From NCBI RefSeq assembly GCF_036971445.1, contig NC_091472.1:203546001-203610000 (forward strand): 64,000 nucleotides of DNA, written 5' to 3'. Made by a program: the position numbers and the translations under genes. Below, in pieces: positions 27,122-39,395 of the stretch (the first letter of the stretch is position 1; every line of letters starts with the position of its first letter). The notes under the pieces are model-generated. The model had not been told where the DNA came from and made no database searches. It worked only from the letters and a program-made list of their open reading frames with translations. This DNA comes from Narcine bancroftii (Eukaryota).

Positions 27122-29714
27122 CCAGTTATATTGTATCATACGTAACCTCGTATTTATTGTATTTCTCATCATTCCAGAGCATAACTTCTCCCATGTTTCC
27201 TTTTTTATCTTTATATTTAAATCCTGTTCCCATTTTTGTTTAGTTTTACCATTTGTTTCCTCATTCTCCTTTTCTTGCAGTTTAATATACATATTTGTTA
27301 TAAATCTTTTGATTATCATTGTATCTGTAATCACATATTCAAAGTTACTTCCCTCTGGCAAACTCAAACTGCTTCCTAATTTATCCTTCAAGTAGAATCT
27401 CAATTGGTAATATGCCAGCGCTGTATCTTGAGTTATATTGTACTTATCTTTCATTTGTTCAAAGGATAAGAATCTATTTCCAGAAAAACAATTTTCTATT
27501 CTTTTAATCCCTTTTTTCTCCCATTCTCTAAAGGAAAGGTTATCTATTGTAAAAAGGAGTAACTTGTTTTGCGTCAATATTAGTTTTGATAATTGATAAT
27601 TTGTTTTACTTCTTTCTACATGAATCTTCTTCCAAATATTGAGTAGATGATGTAATACTGGATAACTTCTATGTTGTACCAATTTTTCATCCCATTTATA
27701 TAATATGTGTTCAGGTGTCTTTTCCCCTATTTTATCTAATTCTAATCTAGTCCAATCTGGCTTTTCCCTTGTTTGATAAAAATCTGATAGGTATCTTAAT
27801 TGTGCGGCTCTATAATAATTTTTAAAGTTTGGCAGTTGTAAGCCTCCTTGTTTATACCATTTAGTTAATTTATCTAGTGCTATCCTTGGCTTCCCCCCTT
27901 TCCATAAAAATTTCCTTATTATTTTCTTTAACTCCTTGAAGAATTTCTCTGTCAGTTGTATTGGCAATGCCTGAAATAGGTATAATATCCTTGGAAAAAC
28001 GTTCCTTTTAATACAGTTTATCCTTCCTATTAGTGTTAATGGTAAATCTTTCCAATGCTCTAAATCATCCTGTAATTTTTTCATTAGTGGATAATAATTG
28101 AGTTTATATAGTTGGCCGAGATTTTTGTTTATTTGTACACCTAGGTATCTTATTGCTTGCATTTGCCATCTAAATGGTGATTCTTTCTTAAATTTTGAGA
28201 AATCCGCATCATTCATAGGCATTGCTTCACTTTTATTTACGTTGATCTTGTAACCCGACACTTCTCCATATTCCTTCAATTTCTTATATAATTCTTTTAT
28301 TGATAGTTCTGGTTCTGTTAAGTACACTATAACATCATCCGCAAATAAACTGATTTTATATTCCTTGTCTTTTATTTTTATCCCTTTTATATTATTTTCT
28401 ATTCTTATCAATTCTGCTAGTGGTTCTATAGCTAACGCAAACAATAAAGGTGATAGTGGGCATCCCTGTCGTGTTGACCTGCTTAAGTTAAATTGCTTGG
28501 ATACATGTCCATTTACTGTCACTTTCGCTAATGGTCCCTTATATAATGCTTTAATCCAATTTAATATACTTCTCCGGTAAACTGAATTTTTGCAATACTT
28601 TGAACAAATAATTCCATTCTACTCTGTCAAAGGCCTTCTCTGCGTCTAAAGCAACTGCTACTGTTGGTGCTTTATTCCCTTCTACTGCATGAATTAAGTT
28701 AATAAATTTACAAATATTGTCTGTTGTGCGTCTTTTTTTGATAAATCCAGTTTGGTCTAGATTTACCATTTTCGGTACATACTCTGCTAATCTGTTTGCT
28801 AATAATTTAGCTATTATCTTATAATCTGTGTTAAGTAAAGATATTGGTCTATATGACGCTGGTGTGAGTGGATCTTTCCCTTGCTTTAGTATTACTGTAA
28901 TTATTGCTGTTTTACATGAATCTGGTAAGCTTTGCGTTTTATCAATCTGGTTGATTACTTCCAGGAGGGGCGGAATTAATAAGTCTTTAAATGTTTTATA
29001 GAATTCTATTGGGAATCCATCCTCTCCTGGTGTCTTATTATTTGGTAATTTTTTTAATTATCTCTTGTATTTCTACTATTCCAAATGGCTCTGTTAATTT
29101 ATTTTGTTCCTCTATTTGTAGTTTTGGTAGTTCAATTTTAGTCAGAAATTCATCTATTTTCCCTTCTTTCCCTTCGTTTTCAGTTCGGTATAATTGTTCA
29201 TAGAATTCTCTAAAGTTTTCCTTAATTTCTTTTGGATTATATGTAATTGGTTTGTCTTTTTTCCTTGATGCCAATACCATTTTCTTAGCTTGTTCTGTCT
29301 TAAGCTGCCATGCTAGGATTTTGTGCGTTTTTTCACCTAGTTCATAATATTTCTGTTTTGTCTTCATTATATTTTTCTCCACCTTATATGTTTGTAGTGT
29401 TTCATATTTTATCTTTTTATCCGCCAATTCTCTTCTTTTAGTGATATCTTCCTTCATTTCTAATTCTTTTTCTATATTTACTATTTCCCTTTCCAACTGC
29501 TCTGTTTCCTGATTATAGTCCTTTTTCATCTTGGTTACATAACTTATTATTTGCCCTCTAATGAATGCTTTCATTGCATCCCATAGTATAAACTTATCTT
29601 CCACTGATTCTGTATTTATTTCAAAATACATTTTAATTTGTTTTTCAATAAATTCTCCAAAATCCTGCCTTTTAAGTAACATGGGGTTTAATCTCCATCT
29701 ATACCTTCTTGGAG

Positions 29715-31447
29715 TGTGGGTATGACAACAGCTCTGTATACGCTTATCTTTGTGAGGTTTTTCAGTTGGTTGTTTTTCCAGACTCTTTTGTGTAGTCTTC
29801 CAAAGGCGCTATTTGCCTTGGCGAGTCTGTTGTCTATCTCATTGTCGATCCTTGCATCTGATTAAATGGTGCAGCCGAGATAGGTAAACTGGTTGACCAT
29901 CTTGAGTTTTGTGTGCCCGATGGAGATGTGGGGGGGCTGGTAGTCATGGTGGGGAGCTGGCTGATGGAGGACCTCAGTTTTCTTCAGGCTGACTTCCAGG
30001 CCAAACATTTTGGCAGTTTCCACAAAGCAGGACGTCAAGCGCTGAAGAGCTGGCTCTGAATGGGCAACTAAAGCGGCATCATCTGCAAAGAGTAGTTCAC
30101 GGACAAGTTTCTCTTGTGTCTTGGTGTGAGCTTGCAGGCGCCTCAGATTGAAGAGACTACCAATCGTGCGGTACCGGATGTAAACAGCGTCTTCATTGTT
30201 GGGGTCTTTCATGGCTTGGTTCAGCATCATGCTGAAGAAGATTGAAAAGAGGGTTGGTGCGAGAACACAGCCTTGCTTCACGCCATTGTTAATGGAGAAG
30301 GGTTCAGAGAGCTCATTGCTGTATCTGACCCGACCTTGTTGGTTTTCGTGCAGTTGGATAATCATGTTAAGGAACTTTGGGGGACATCCGATGCGCTCTA
30401 GTATTTGCCAAAGCCCTTTCCTGCTCACGGTGTCGAAGGCTTTGGTGAGGTCAACAAAGGTGATGTAGAGTCCTTTGTTTTGTTCTCTGCACTTTTCTTG
30501 GAGCTGTCTGAGGGCAAAGACCATGTCAGTAGTTCCTCTGTTTGCGCGAAAGCCGCACTGTGATTCTGGGAGAATATTCTCAGCGACACTAGGTATTATT
30601 CTATTTAGTAGAATCCTAGCGAAGATTTTGCCTGCAATGGAGAGCAATGTGATTCCCCTGTAGTTTGAGCAGTCTGATTTCTCGCCTTTGTTTTTGTACA
30701 GGGTGATGATGGTGGCATCACGAAGATCCTGAGGCAATTTTCCTTGGTCCTAACAAAGCTTGAAAAACTCATGCAGTTTGGCATGCAGAGTTTTGCCGCC
30801 AGCCTTCCAGACCTCTGGGGGGATTCCATCCATACCTGCTCCGAATCATGGGTCCTCTACCGGCACCACCTACGGCTCCTAGAACGCTTCCACCAGCGTT
30901 GTCTCCGCTCCATCCTCAACATCCATTGGAGCGCTTTCATCCCTAACGTCGAAGTACTCGAGATGGCAGAGGTCGACAGCATCGAGTCCACGCTGCTGAA
31001 GATCCAGCTGCGCTGGATGGGTCACGTCTCCAGAATGGAGGACCATCGCCTTCCCAAGATCATGTTATATGGCGAGCTCTCCACTGGCCACCGTGACAGA
31101 GGTGCACCAAAGAAAAGGTACAAGGACTGCCTAAAGAAATCTCTTGGTGCCTGCCACATTGACCACCGCCAGTGGGCTGATAACGCCTCAAACCGTGCAT
31201 CTTGGCGCTTCACAGTTTGGCGGGCAGCAACCTCCTTTGAAGAAGATCGCAGAGCCCACCTCACTGACAAAAGGCAAAGAAGGAAAAACCCAACACCTAA
31301 CCCCAACCAACCAATTTTCCCCTGCAACCGCTGCAACCGTGTCTGCCTGTCCCGCATCGGACTTGTCAGCCACAAACAAGCCTGCAGCTGACGTGGACTT
31401 TTTACCCCCTCCATAAATCTTCGTCCGCGAAGCCAAGCCAAAGAGAC
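29715..31447. mobile_element. RTE LINE with 5' inversion (minus about 29715-30838, plus about 30839-31447)
   Basis: 14-bp TSD ATACCTTCTTGGAG at 29701-29714 and 31448-31461. RT ORF 29862-30737 on minus, C-terminal ORF ending 31391 on plus. Confidence 0.9.
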
Positions 31448-32860
31448 ATACCTTCTTGGAGGGATGTCCTCTAACTTTACTGTCAATATTAAGGGTGAAT
31501 GGTCCGATAGTATTCTAGCTTTATATTCTGTTTTTTTTACTCTATCTTGCATACGAGCTGATAACAAAAATAGGTCTATTCTTGAGTATGTTTTATGTCT
31601 AGCCGAGTAATATGAATATTCCTTTTCCTTTGGGTGTTGTTTCCTCCATATATCCAAAAGTTGCATTTCTTCCATTGATTTAATTATAAATTTGGTTACT
31701 TTGTTCTTTCTGTTAATTTTTTTCCCAGTTTTGTCCATATTTGAATCCAAATTCAGGTTGAAATCCCCTCCTATTAATATGTTCCCTTGCGTATCTGCTA
31801 CCTTCAAAAAGATATCTTGCATAAACTTTTGATCTTCTTCGTTAGGTGAATATACATTGAGTAGATTCCAAAACTCCGAAGATATCTGACATTTTATCAT
31901 TACATATCTCCCTGCTGGATCTATTATTTCCTCTTCTATTTTAAATGGCACATTTTTACTAATTAATATAGCTACTCCTCTTGCCTTTGATTTATACGAT
32001 GCTGCTGTTACGTGTCCTACCCAATCTCTCTTTAATTTCTTATGCTCCAATTCAGTTAAATGTGTTTCTTGCGCAAATGCTATATCAATTTTTTCTTTTT
32101 TCAGTAAATTTAGCAGTTTCTTCCTTTTAATTTGGTTATGTATTCCATTAATATTTAAAGTCATATAGTTCAACGTAGCCATTTTATACTTTGTTTATGT
32201 TCCCTTTCCGTTTCTCCATCATTACCTTTCCTTCTTATCCATTTCTGTTTTCTTGTTTTGAATCCTTTATAAGATAACATTCCTAAAACATCAAACATTT
32301 TCCTTATTCTCCTATTTAAAACTTCTGTAGCCCCAATCCCCCCTTCCCCTCCTGAGTTGTCCTTTATCCCTTGTCGGACAACCACATCTCCCCTCTCCAT
32401 TTGGATTTGCGAATTCACTCGCAAGCGTCAGCTGATTTTGCAGTGACCGTAACACCACCCCCACCCAGCACCCCCCAGAAAAGTTTTCACTTTTCATATG
32501 TGACAAAGGTCACTCTTTTAATTCCCTCCTTATTCCCTCTATTCCTTTTCCTTCCCTTATTAATTCTTGTCTGTACTATCTATATTTTCCTCTAAATACG
32601 GATACATTCATGTATGCACATTATACATATACACACATATACCTCTTTACCCACATACATATAAATCGTGGTCATTTTTACTCTTATTACATGTCTTCAT
32701 CTCTCTGTTTGTTTTGTAGTTGTTCTGCAAATTTCCTTGCTTCCTCTGGATCCGAGAATAATTTTTTTCCATAAGATCGTTTTCGATGTTTTGAACTCCT
32801 TCCTCTTCTTCAGGAGTTCAAAACTTATGTCTTTTTAGTTCGCAGGCTTTTGTACTCTCG

Positions 32861-34111
32861 TTACACGTCTTCATCTCTCAGTCTATTTTGTAATTGTTCT
32901 GCAAATTTTTGTGCTTCTTCTGGATCCGAGAATAGTCTGTTTTGTTGTCCTGGAATAAATATTTTCAATACCGCTGAATGCTTTAGTATAAATTTATACC
33001 CTTTCTTCCATAAAATCGCCTTTGCTGTATTGAACTCCTTTCTCTTCTTCAGGAGTTCAAAACTTATATCTGGATAAATGAAGATTTTTTGCCCTTTGTA
33101 CTCCAGTGGCTTATTGTCCTCTCTTACTTTTTCCATTGTTTTCTCCAGTACCTTTTCTCTTGTAGTATATCTTAGGAATTTTACTAAAACAGATCTTGGC
33201 TTTTGTTGTGATTGTGGTTTAAAGGCCAATGCTCTATGTGCCCTTTCTATTTCCATTTCTTGCTGTAGTTCTGGACATCCTAGGATCCTAGGGATCCAAT
33301 CTTTTATAAACTCTCTCATATTCTTGCCTTCTTCATCTTCCTTAAGGCCCACTATCTTTATGTTATTTCTTCTGTTATAATTTTCCATTATATCTATTTT
33401 CTGAGCTAACAGTTCTTGTGTTTCTTTAACTTTTTTATTAGATTCCTCTAATTTCTTTTTTAAGTCCTCTACCTCCATTTCTACTGCTGCTTCCCGCTCT
33501 TCCATCTTGTCCATTCTCTTTCCCATTTCTGTTAAGGTCATATCTATTTTATTCATTTTCTCTTCTGTATTCTTTATTCTTCTTCTTAAATCATTAAATT
33601 CTTGCGCTTGCCATTCTTTAAATGACTCCATGTATTCTTTAATAAGAGAAAGTATATCCTTTATCTTGCCTTTCCCTTCTTCTTCTATTTCACTGTACTC
33701 TTCCTCTTCCTCTTCTTCTTCCTCTGGGTTGGCCATCTGTTGTTTCTTTGTTGCCCTTTTCTTCTCTTCTTTCTTGTTTTTGTTGTCTTCTATGTTCTCC
33801 TCTTGCTGCAGGTGTTCTGCAGCTGTCATTGCCGGCTGTGGAGATCGACTCCCCAGCTGGTCACCCCTCCCGTCGGTGTGTTTTTTTTCATGCGCATCGC
33901 GCATTCGCGACTCCTCGCGCATGCGCGGTTGCGCATGTTTACTCGGCTCAGCGAGCCATTTTTGTAGTCCAATTTCTACCGACCCGAGGGAGCGGGTTTC
34001 TCTCTCCACCGCGGGCCTCTTCGAACAGGTAAGGCCTTTTCCTTCATCTTCCGTTGTCTTCTCTTCCTCTCTTCTTACCGTTGGTTTCGACTTTTCTTTT
34101 TTCGTCGCCAT
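32861..34111 (-). CDS. L1 ORF1p, intact 416 aa (coiled coil, RRM, CTD)
   Basis: Open frame MATKKEK...RDEDV with ENYNRRNNIKIVGL, IERAHRAL and YPDISFELLKKRKEF motifs. Confidence 0.9.
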   Translation of the reverse strand: MATKKEKSKPTVRREEEKTTEDEGKGLTCSKRPAVERETRSLGSVEIGLQKWLAEPSKHAQPRMREESRMRDAHEKKHTDGRGDQLGSRSPQPAMTAAEHLQQEENIEDNKNKKEEKKRATKKQQMANPEEEEEEEEEYSEIEEEGKGKIKDILSLIKEYMESFKEWQAQEFNDLRRRIKNTEEKMNKIDMTLTEMGKRMDKMEEREAAVEMEVEDLKKKLEESNKKVKETQELLAQKIDIMENYNRRNNIKIVGLKEDEEGKNMREFIKDWIPRILGCPELQQEMEIERAHRALAFKPQSQQKPRSVLVKFLRYTTREKVLEKTMEKVREDNKPLEYKGQKIFIYPDISFELLKKRKEFNTAKAILWKKGYKFILKHSAVLKIFIPGQQNRLFSDPEEAQKFAEQLQNRLRDEDV

Positions 34112-35097
34112 CTTCTTTCCACCTTTATATTCACTTTACTTTGATTTTTATTTTTGTGCCTTTGTGTTTTGCTTTGTTTTTTCTGACTTTTCTGGAGAGG
34201 GCTGGAGTTCACCGTCCGGCCACTACTCCATCACGTGACTCCTCCCTTCACGCCATTGTTAATGGAGAAGGATTCAGAGAGCTCATTGCTGTATCCAGGA
34301 GGCAGAAGAATGTTAGGGGCGGAGGGTACCTCTACACTGAAATGAACTGTATAAAAGTTGGGTGTGCCCCAATATATGTGTGTATTCCCAGGGTAAGGGG
34401 AAGCACCCAACTTTGCATTGTTGTACAATAAATGTTCTTTGTTCTCAATTTTTGACGAGCGAATTCTGTGAAGGTACTTCTGTTTCTCACAGAAGGTAGG
34501 CCTCAGAGGTTGGAATCTCCTCCCCTACAGACTTTAAAAACTCTAACTGTGGAAGGGGATACTACATTATTCTTGTCTGAAGATTTCATGCATAGGATGG
34601 ATAACATGGTTACGCAGGGATTTATGGATAACAAGGCCCAACTTACTGAATTGAGAGGGAAAATGGTTAATATTTATGAGGAAGTGTCTGCAATTAAAAA
34701 TGATATAACTAAATGTCTGCGAGCAGTGGATACAGTGCAAGACGAATTTAAAGAAATTAAGTGGGCATTTCATGATTGCAATGACAAGGTGGAAAGAAAG
34801 CTCACCAAAATCAGGGACCTTTGGTGGTCCAGGGTAATAGAGTGTTTTTTTTAATGCTGATTTGAGTCAGGATGTTATAAGGAGGCGTAAAGAATTTAAC
34901 CCAGCAAAGGCAGTGTTATGGAAGAAAGGTTATCGTTTTGCTTTCAGATATCCAGCTGTGTTCAAAATGTTTTATGGTAATTTTCAGGCTCAGTTTTTTG
35001 ACTGCATCTTTCGAAGTCGCCTGCCACTAGTGGTTGTGACCTCACCTGGATAATAGAGGGGGATACCACTTAAATGGTTTTTTTGGGGTTTTTTTTG

Positions 35098-37943
35098 GGG
35101 GGGGATGGCAAGATGGCATAGAGTCTAGACATGTAATCGTGACCTCTCTGGCCAGACTTTTTAAGTACCTGTTTTTTAACCCTTTGTTTTCAAGTTTAAA
35201 CTTTTTAAATTTTAGTTTAAAGTATTAAGGACTATTATGGCCATCAATGGTAAAAAGATTCAACCTCAAGTGCAGAAGAAGTTACATTTTCGAAGTGCTG
35301 AAGATTTGGGGCCTAGACGACTTGATACAGCCTCAGGCTTCATCTCTTCAGTGTCTAAATCTCAAACACTGCCTGTGGGGGCTGGAAGAAAATGTCTATT
35401 ACTCACCAAGTGAAGGATGATGCTGGAATTACCCGTTCTCCGGAAGAAGGTGCGTGTCCCAAGAAGTGGATCCTGATTTGGAAAGCCTTTCGATTTCAAC
35501 AGAGGGAGCACGCTGGAAGACGACTCCATTGTTGGAAATGCATCAGGAAGCATTTCAACCTGAATATATCGCTTTCCTTTGTGATTTTGTGAAAAAACAA
35601 TGAGATGTGGGGGGGAGGGGACACCAGCGGCGACCCCCTGAGGAAGTCGGGGTGCCGTCGCTGGGAGTCCAGACCCGCAATAAAACTTTTAAAATGCCTT
35701 CTGTTGAGTTGCAGCAGGACCTGCACTTACCTGGTTCTGCCACTACGTCAGAGTGAGCAGGGCTGAGCTTTTCTGATCTACAGTGTATGCAACTAAATGC
35801 AGTTATTCAGCCTCTAATGAATGAGATGGTTCAAATGATAAGTTCAGAATTGAATATAGTTAAAGCACGTGTGGATGCATCTTATGAAGAATTAAAAAAT
35901 TTCAGACTGCTTTTTCGGACTGTAAACAACAAGTGGCTTCTAACACAAAAAGTGATGAAGGTTGAAAAATCAGTCATAGAATTGGGGGAACGGGAGAAGG
36001 AGTTAGAGAAGAAAATAGACTACTTGGAGAATCAAAGCAGAAGGAACAATGTGAAAATCATTGGTTTGCCAGAAGGTATAGAAGGACAAGATCCTCTTAG
36101 TTTCTTTAAAGACTGGATCCCACAAGTATTAGGGCAAGAATTTTTTTCTGGAGGATTGGTACTGGAAAGAGCCCATAGAGCTCTAAGAAGAACACCCTCA
36201 GCTGGTCAACCACTGAGACCGGTAATAATTCAATGTTTGAATTATTTGGACAGAGAACCAAGACTTCGACTAGCAGTGCAAAATGCGAGACAATGACAAA
36301 GTCCATTATTGATTCAGAATAGCAGAGTTTTTTTTATCCTGATTTGAGTCAAGAGGTCATTCAACATCGACGTCGATTTAATCCAGTTAAAGAAGTTTTG
36401 TGGCGTAAAGGTTATAAGTCTACATTTCGCTACCCAGCAGTGTTGAAGGTGTTTTATGGAGAATATATATTTTGGTTTTTTGAGAATGATCGTGAAGCAA
36501 TGATTTTTTCTGATTCATTGCCAGATATAAGAGGACAAAGACGTAGTCCACCATTGTCTCCTAAAGAAAAATTTGGTTGTTCTGGAAATGGAAGAAATGG
36601 CAGAAATGGGAAAAACGGGAATGGAAAGAGTTCAACTTCTTCTGAAATGGGATCTTCGAGATTGGAATCTCTTGGATGAAAAGAAGAATTTTATTTTTCT
36701 TACTCTTTTTTTTGTTATTATGATATTTTGAAGTTATTCATTGTTTGGCTAGGGAGGGAGAGATTTGCTCTAAGTTCTTTACTCGTCATCAGCCACTGGT
36801 GGGTGACCCACACCTAATTTTTGTTTAGGGATTACTACCTTTTGGTAGTTTTTTGGGGGGATTTTCTTTTTGTTTTCTTTATTTTTTTATTTTTATTTTA
36901 GTTTGCTTTTAATTTGTGATATTTTTTCCTATTGGAGGGCCTATATACATTGATTTGAGTTTTTATATAAAGATATTATTGGTATTTAGTAATAATAGTA
37001 GATATGTCGAAGTTGAGGTTTGCTACTTTTAATGTTCGAGGATTAAACAGTCCGATTAAGTGTAAGCGAGTCTTGGCATATATTAAGAAAATGAAAATTG
37101 ATATTGCTTTTTTACAAGAAATACATTTGAATGTGACGGAAAGTATGAAATTAAAGAGGGACTGGGTTGGGCATGTATATTCTTCTTCATTTAATTCTAG
37201 GGCTCAATCTTGATACATAAAAAATTATCTTTTGAATTACAATCAATGGAGGAAAAGGCAGGATATATTCTTAAATTGAATTGTAAGATTTTTAGTGAAT
37301 TTTGGACTTTACTTAATATTTATGCCCCAAATGCAGATGATGAAATATTTATTTCAGATGCATTTTTATGTTTGGGTCAGGCTAATGATAATATTTTAGT
37401 TGGTAGTGATTTTAATTGTGTTTTGGAACCTTTATTAGATAAATCTCTAAAGAAAGTTAAGAAATCTAAGATGGCAGTTCAGGTTCAAGCATTGATGAAA
37501 GATCTTAATTTAGTAGATATTTGGAGACGTCTTAATCCGACAGAGAAATATTTCTCCTTTTATTCATCTAGACATGAATCGTTTTCAAGGATTGACTTCT
37601 TTTTAGTATCGGCACATTTACAAGGGAAAATACAACAAGCAGGATATAAAAGTATATAACGTATAATTTACGAAATAATTTTTTTTGTTAAAATGTGGAT
37701 TTTGTATTTGGAATGTATGGATTTAGATGTAAAGTGAAATTTTTATTTGTGTTTAAAGATGTAAATGATTGACTTACCGCACTTCAACCTATTATGATTT
37801 TATGTAATTTTTTTAATATAAGCTCCAAGGGGGGAGGGGGAGAATTTGGAGGGGGGAGGGGGTTATAGGGGGTAGATTTAGTTTTTTTTTGTATTTTATT
37901 TTCTTTATTTTGTAAAACTTTAAATAAATTTTTCAAAATAAAA
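35098..37943 (+). mobile_element. Internally deleted L1 (5'UTR, ORF1, endonuclease only, 3'UTR, A-tail)
   Basis: GGGGGGATGGCAAGATGGC 5' end. ORF1 pieces 35237-36679. EN 37004-37659, then a direct jump to the ORF2 end and 3'UTR. AATAAA and A-tail near 37923-37943. No TSD found. Confidence 0.75.
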
Positions 37944-39395
37944 ACTTATATAGCTTAAATTATGTGCTGTTATTAAATAAGATTAAATTTGATTTAAATA
38001 GATAGAAGGAGTTACCCTTAACATTGATTGGATGGGTAAATTGTATTAAAATGAATACATACCCTCGCATTCAGTATTTATTTCAATCTATTCCATGTGC
38101 TATACCAGGAAAGTTTTTTAAGGAATTAAATAAAGCTGTTCATTTGTTTATATGGAAAGGCAAATTGTCTAGAGTCTCCATGCAAAAGTTGACATGATGG
38201 TATGACTTTGGAGGTCTTCAATTACCACACTTTCAAAATTATTATCAAGCAGCACAATTAAAGCTTATTAATAGACTGATATTGATCATCCTCCATTGTG
38301 GGCAAAGTGGAGATGGATCAAAAACAGAAAAGAACTATACATTATTTTATATACAAATGGAATCCATTACTTTTACAGCAGTATAAACTGCCAGTATTGA
38401 AACATTTGATGGGGGTGTTGTCTAAATGGAATCAATTTATAGGATCGAAAAGTAAAAATTTCAGTTAAGACACCATTTTATCAGAATCAGACAATTTCAT
38501 TTTCTTTGAATCATCCTTATTTGAAAGATTGGGAATCAAAAAGAGTGATATTAGTGGAGGATTGTTCTGAAGTAGGTTTATTTCTTTTGTTTAATAGACT
38601 TAGAGAGAAATTTGGTATATTACAAAACACTTTATTCGCTTGTTATCAAGTACAAGATCTATTATTGGAATGCTATTGTAGATAATTAATATTATCCAGT
38701 CAAACAAAATTTGAGAAATTCATTGTTGATAAGGGTAAAAAGGGATTTGTTTCAGAAATGTTCCTGTTATTACAGGAAAAGATGAAAAAGGTAGATATAT
38801 TTAAAATAAAGGATAAATGGGAAAATGACCTTTCTATTCCTAACTCTGTGGAGGAGTGGTCTGATATGTGCCTGGATAGCATTATGAAATTAATTAATGT
38901 ACGATATAGTTTAGTTAATTATAATTTTTTGCATCAGTTATATTTAACTCCAGAAAAATTGAAAAAAATATGGATTTAGAGTGTCAGATTTGTGTTTTTG
39001 GTGTGGTGATCAGACAGGTACTTTTTTACATTCAGTGTGGGGATTGTAGAAAGGTTAAGCCCTTTTGGGAAAAAGTAATTAAATTTTTGCGAGATTTATT
39101 CAAAATACATTTATATGTTGATCCATGAGTATGCTTATTGGGATATATGAATACATTTATGGAAAATTTATGTTTGGAGAAACCTCAAATTGCATTTATA
39201 TGTTTAGAATTAGCAGTGGCTAGAAAATGTCACTAGGAAAAATAATGTTGAACTGAGTATACAAATATGGCATAATGAAATTCAATCATGTATTTATTTG
39301 GAGAAGATAACTAATCATTTGCAGAATAATAATTATTTTTTTGTTAAAATGTTGGGTTTATATTTGAAATGTATAGGTTTAGATGTTAAGTAGAA

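Larger units (their letters stand above)
26253..32182 (-). pseudogene. L1 ORF2p, interrupted at 26743-27121 and 29715-31447 and frameshifted
   Basis: Starts MATLNYMTLNINGIHNQ at 32182. EN, RT (QGCPLSP, FADD) and CCHC motifs in the ORF track. Confidence 0.9.
25996..34245 (-). mobile_element. Young full-length L1 inserted in the RTE
   Basis: 15-bp TSD CTTCACGCCATTGTT at 25981-25995 and 34246-34260. Poly(T) near 25994-26017. Intact ORF1. ORF2 interrupted by a solo LTR and an inverted RTE. Confidence 0.93.
24882..34295 (-). mobile_element. RTE-clade LINE, 5'-truncated (24882-25995 plus 34246-34295)
   Basis: RT motifs KQGCILAPTLF, RELLFADDAALVAHSE and FTYLG. Split by an L1 with TSD CTTCACGCCATTGTT. 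Confidence 0.9.
24548..34491 (+). mobile_element. Solo LTR (24548-24881 plus 34296-34491) split by an RTE
   Basis: Inverted termini TGTGAGA...TCTCACA with 4-bp TSD GAAG (24544-24547 / 34492-34495). TATAAAA near 34350 and AATAAA near 34427. Confidence 0.75.

Noticed and set aside
31022-32182. 386-aa ORF: L1 endonuclease fused to a novel C-terminus
   Set aside because: The tail is antisense RTE sequence read through at the insertion junction; a chance fusion.
33507-34238. 243-aa antisense ORF over L1 ORF1 (ORF0-like)
   Set aside because: Low-complexity mirror of the purine-rich ORF1 with a non-ATG start; its frame is not preserved in the sister copy at 14734-15434.
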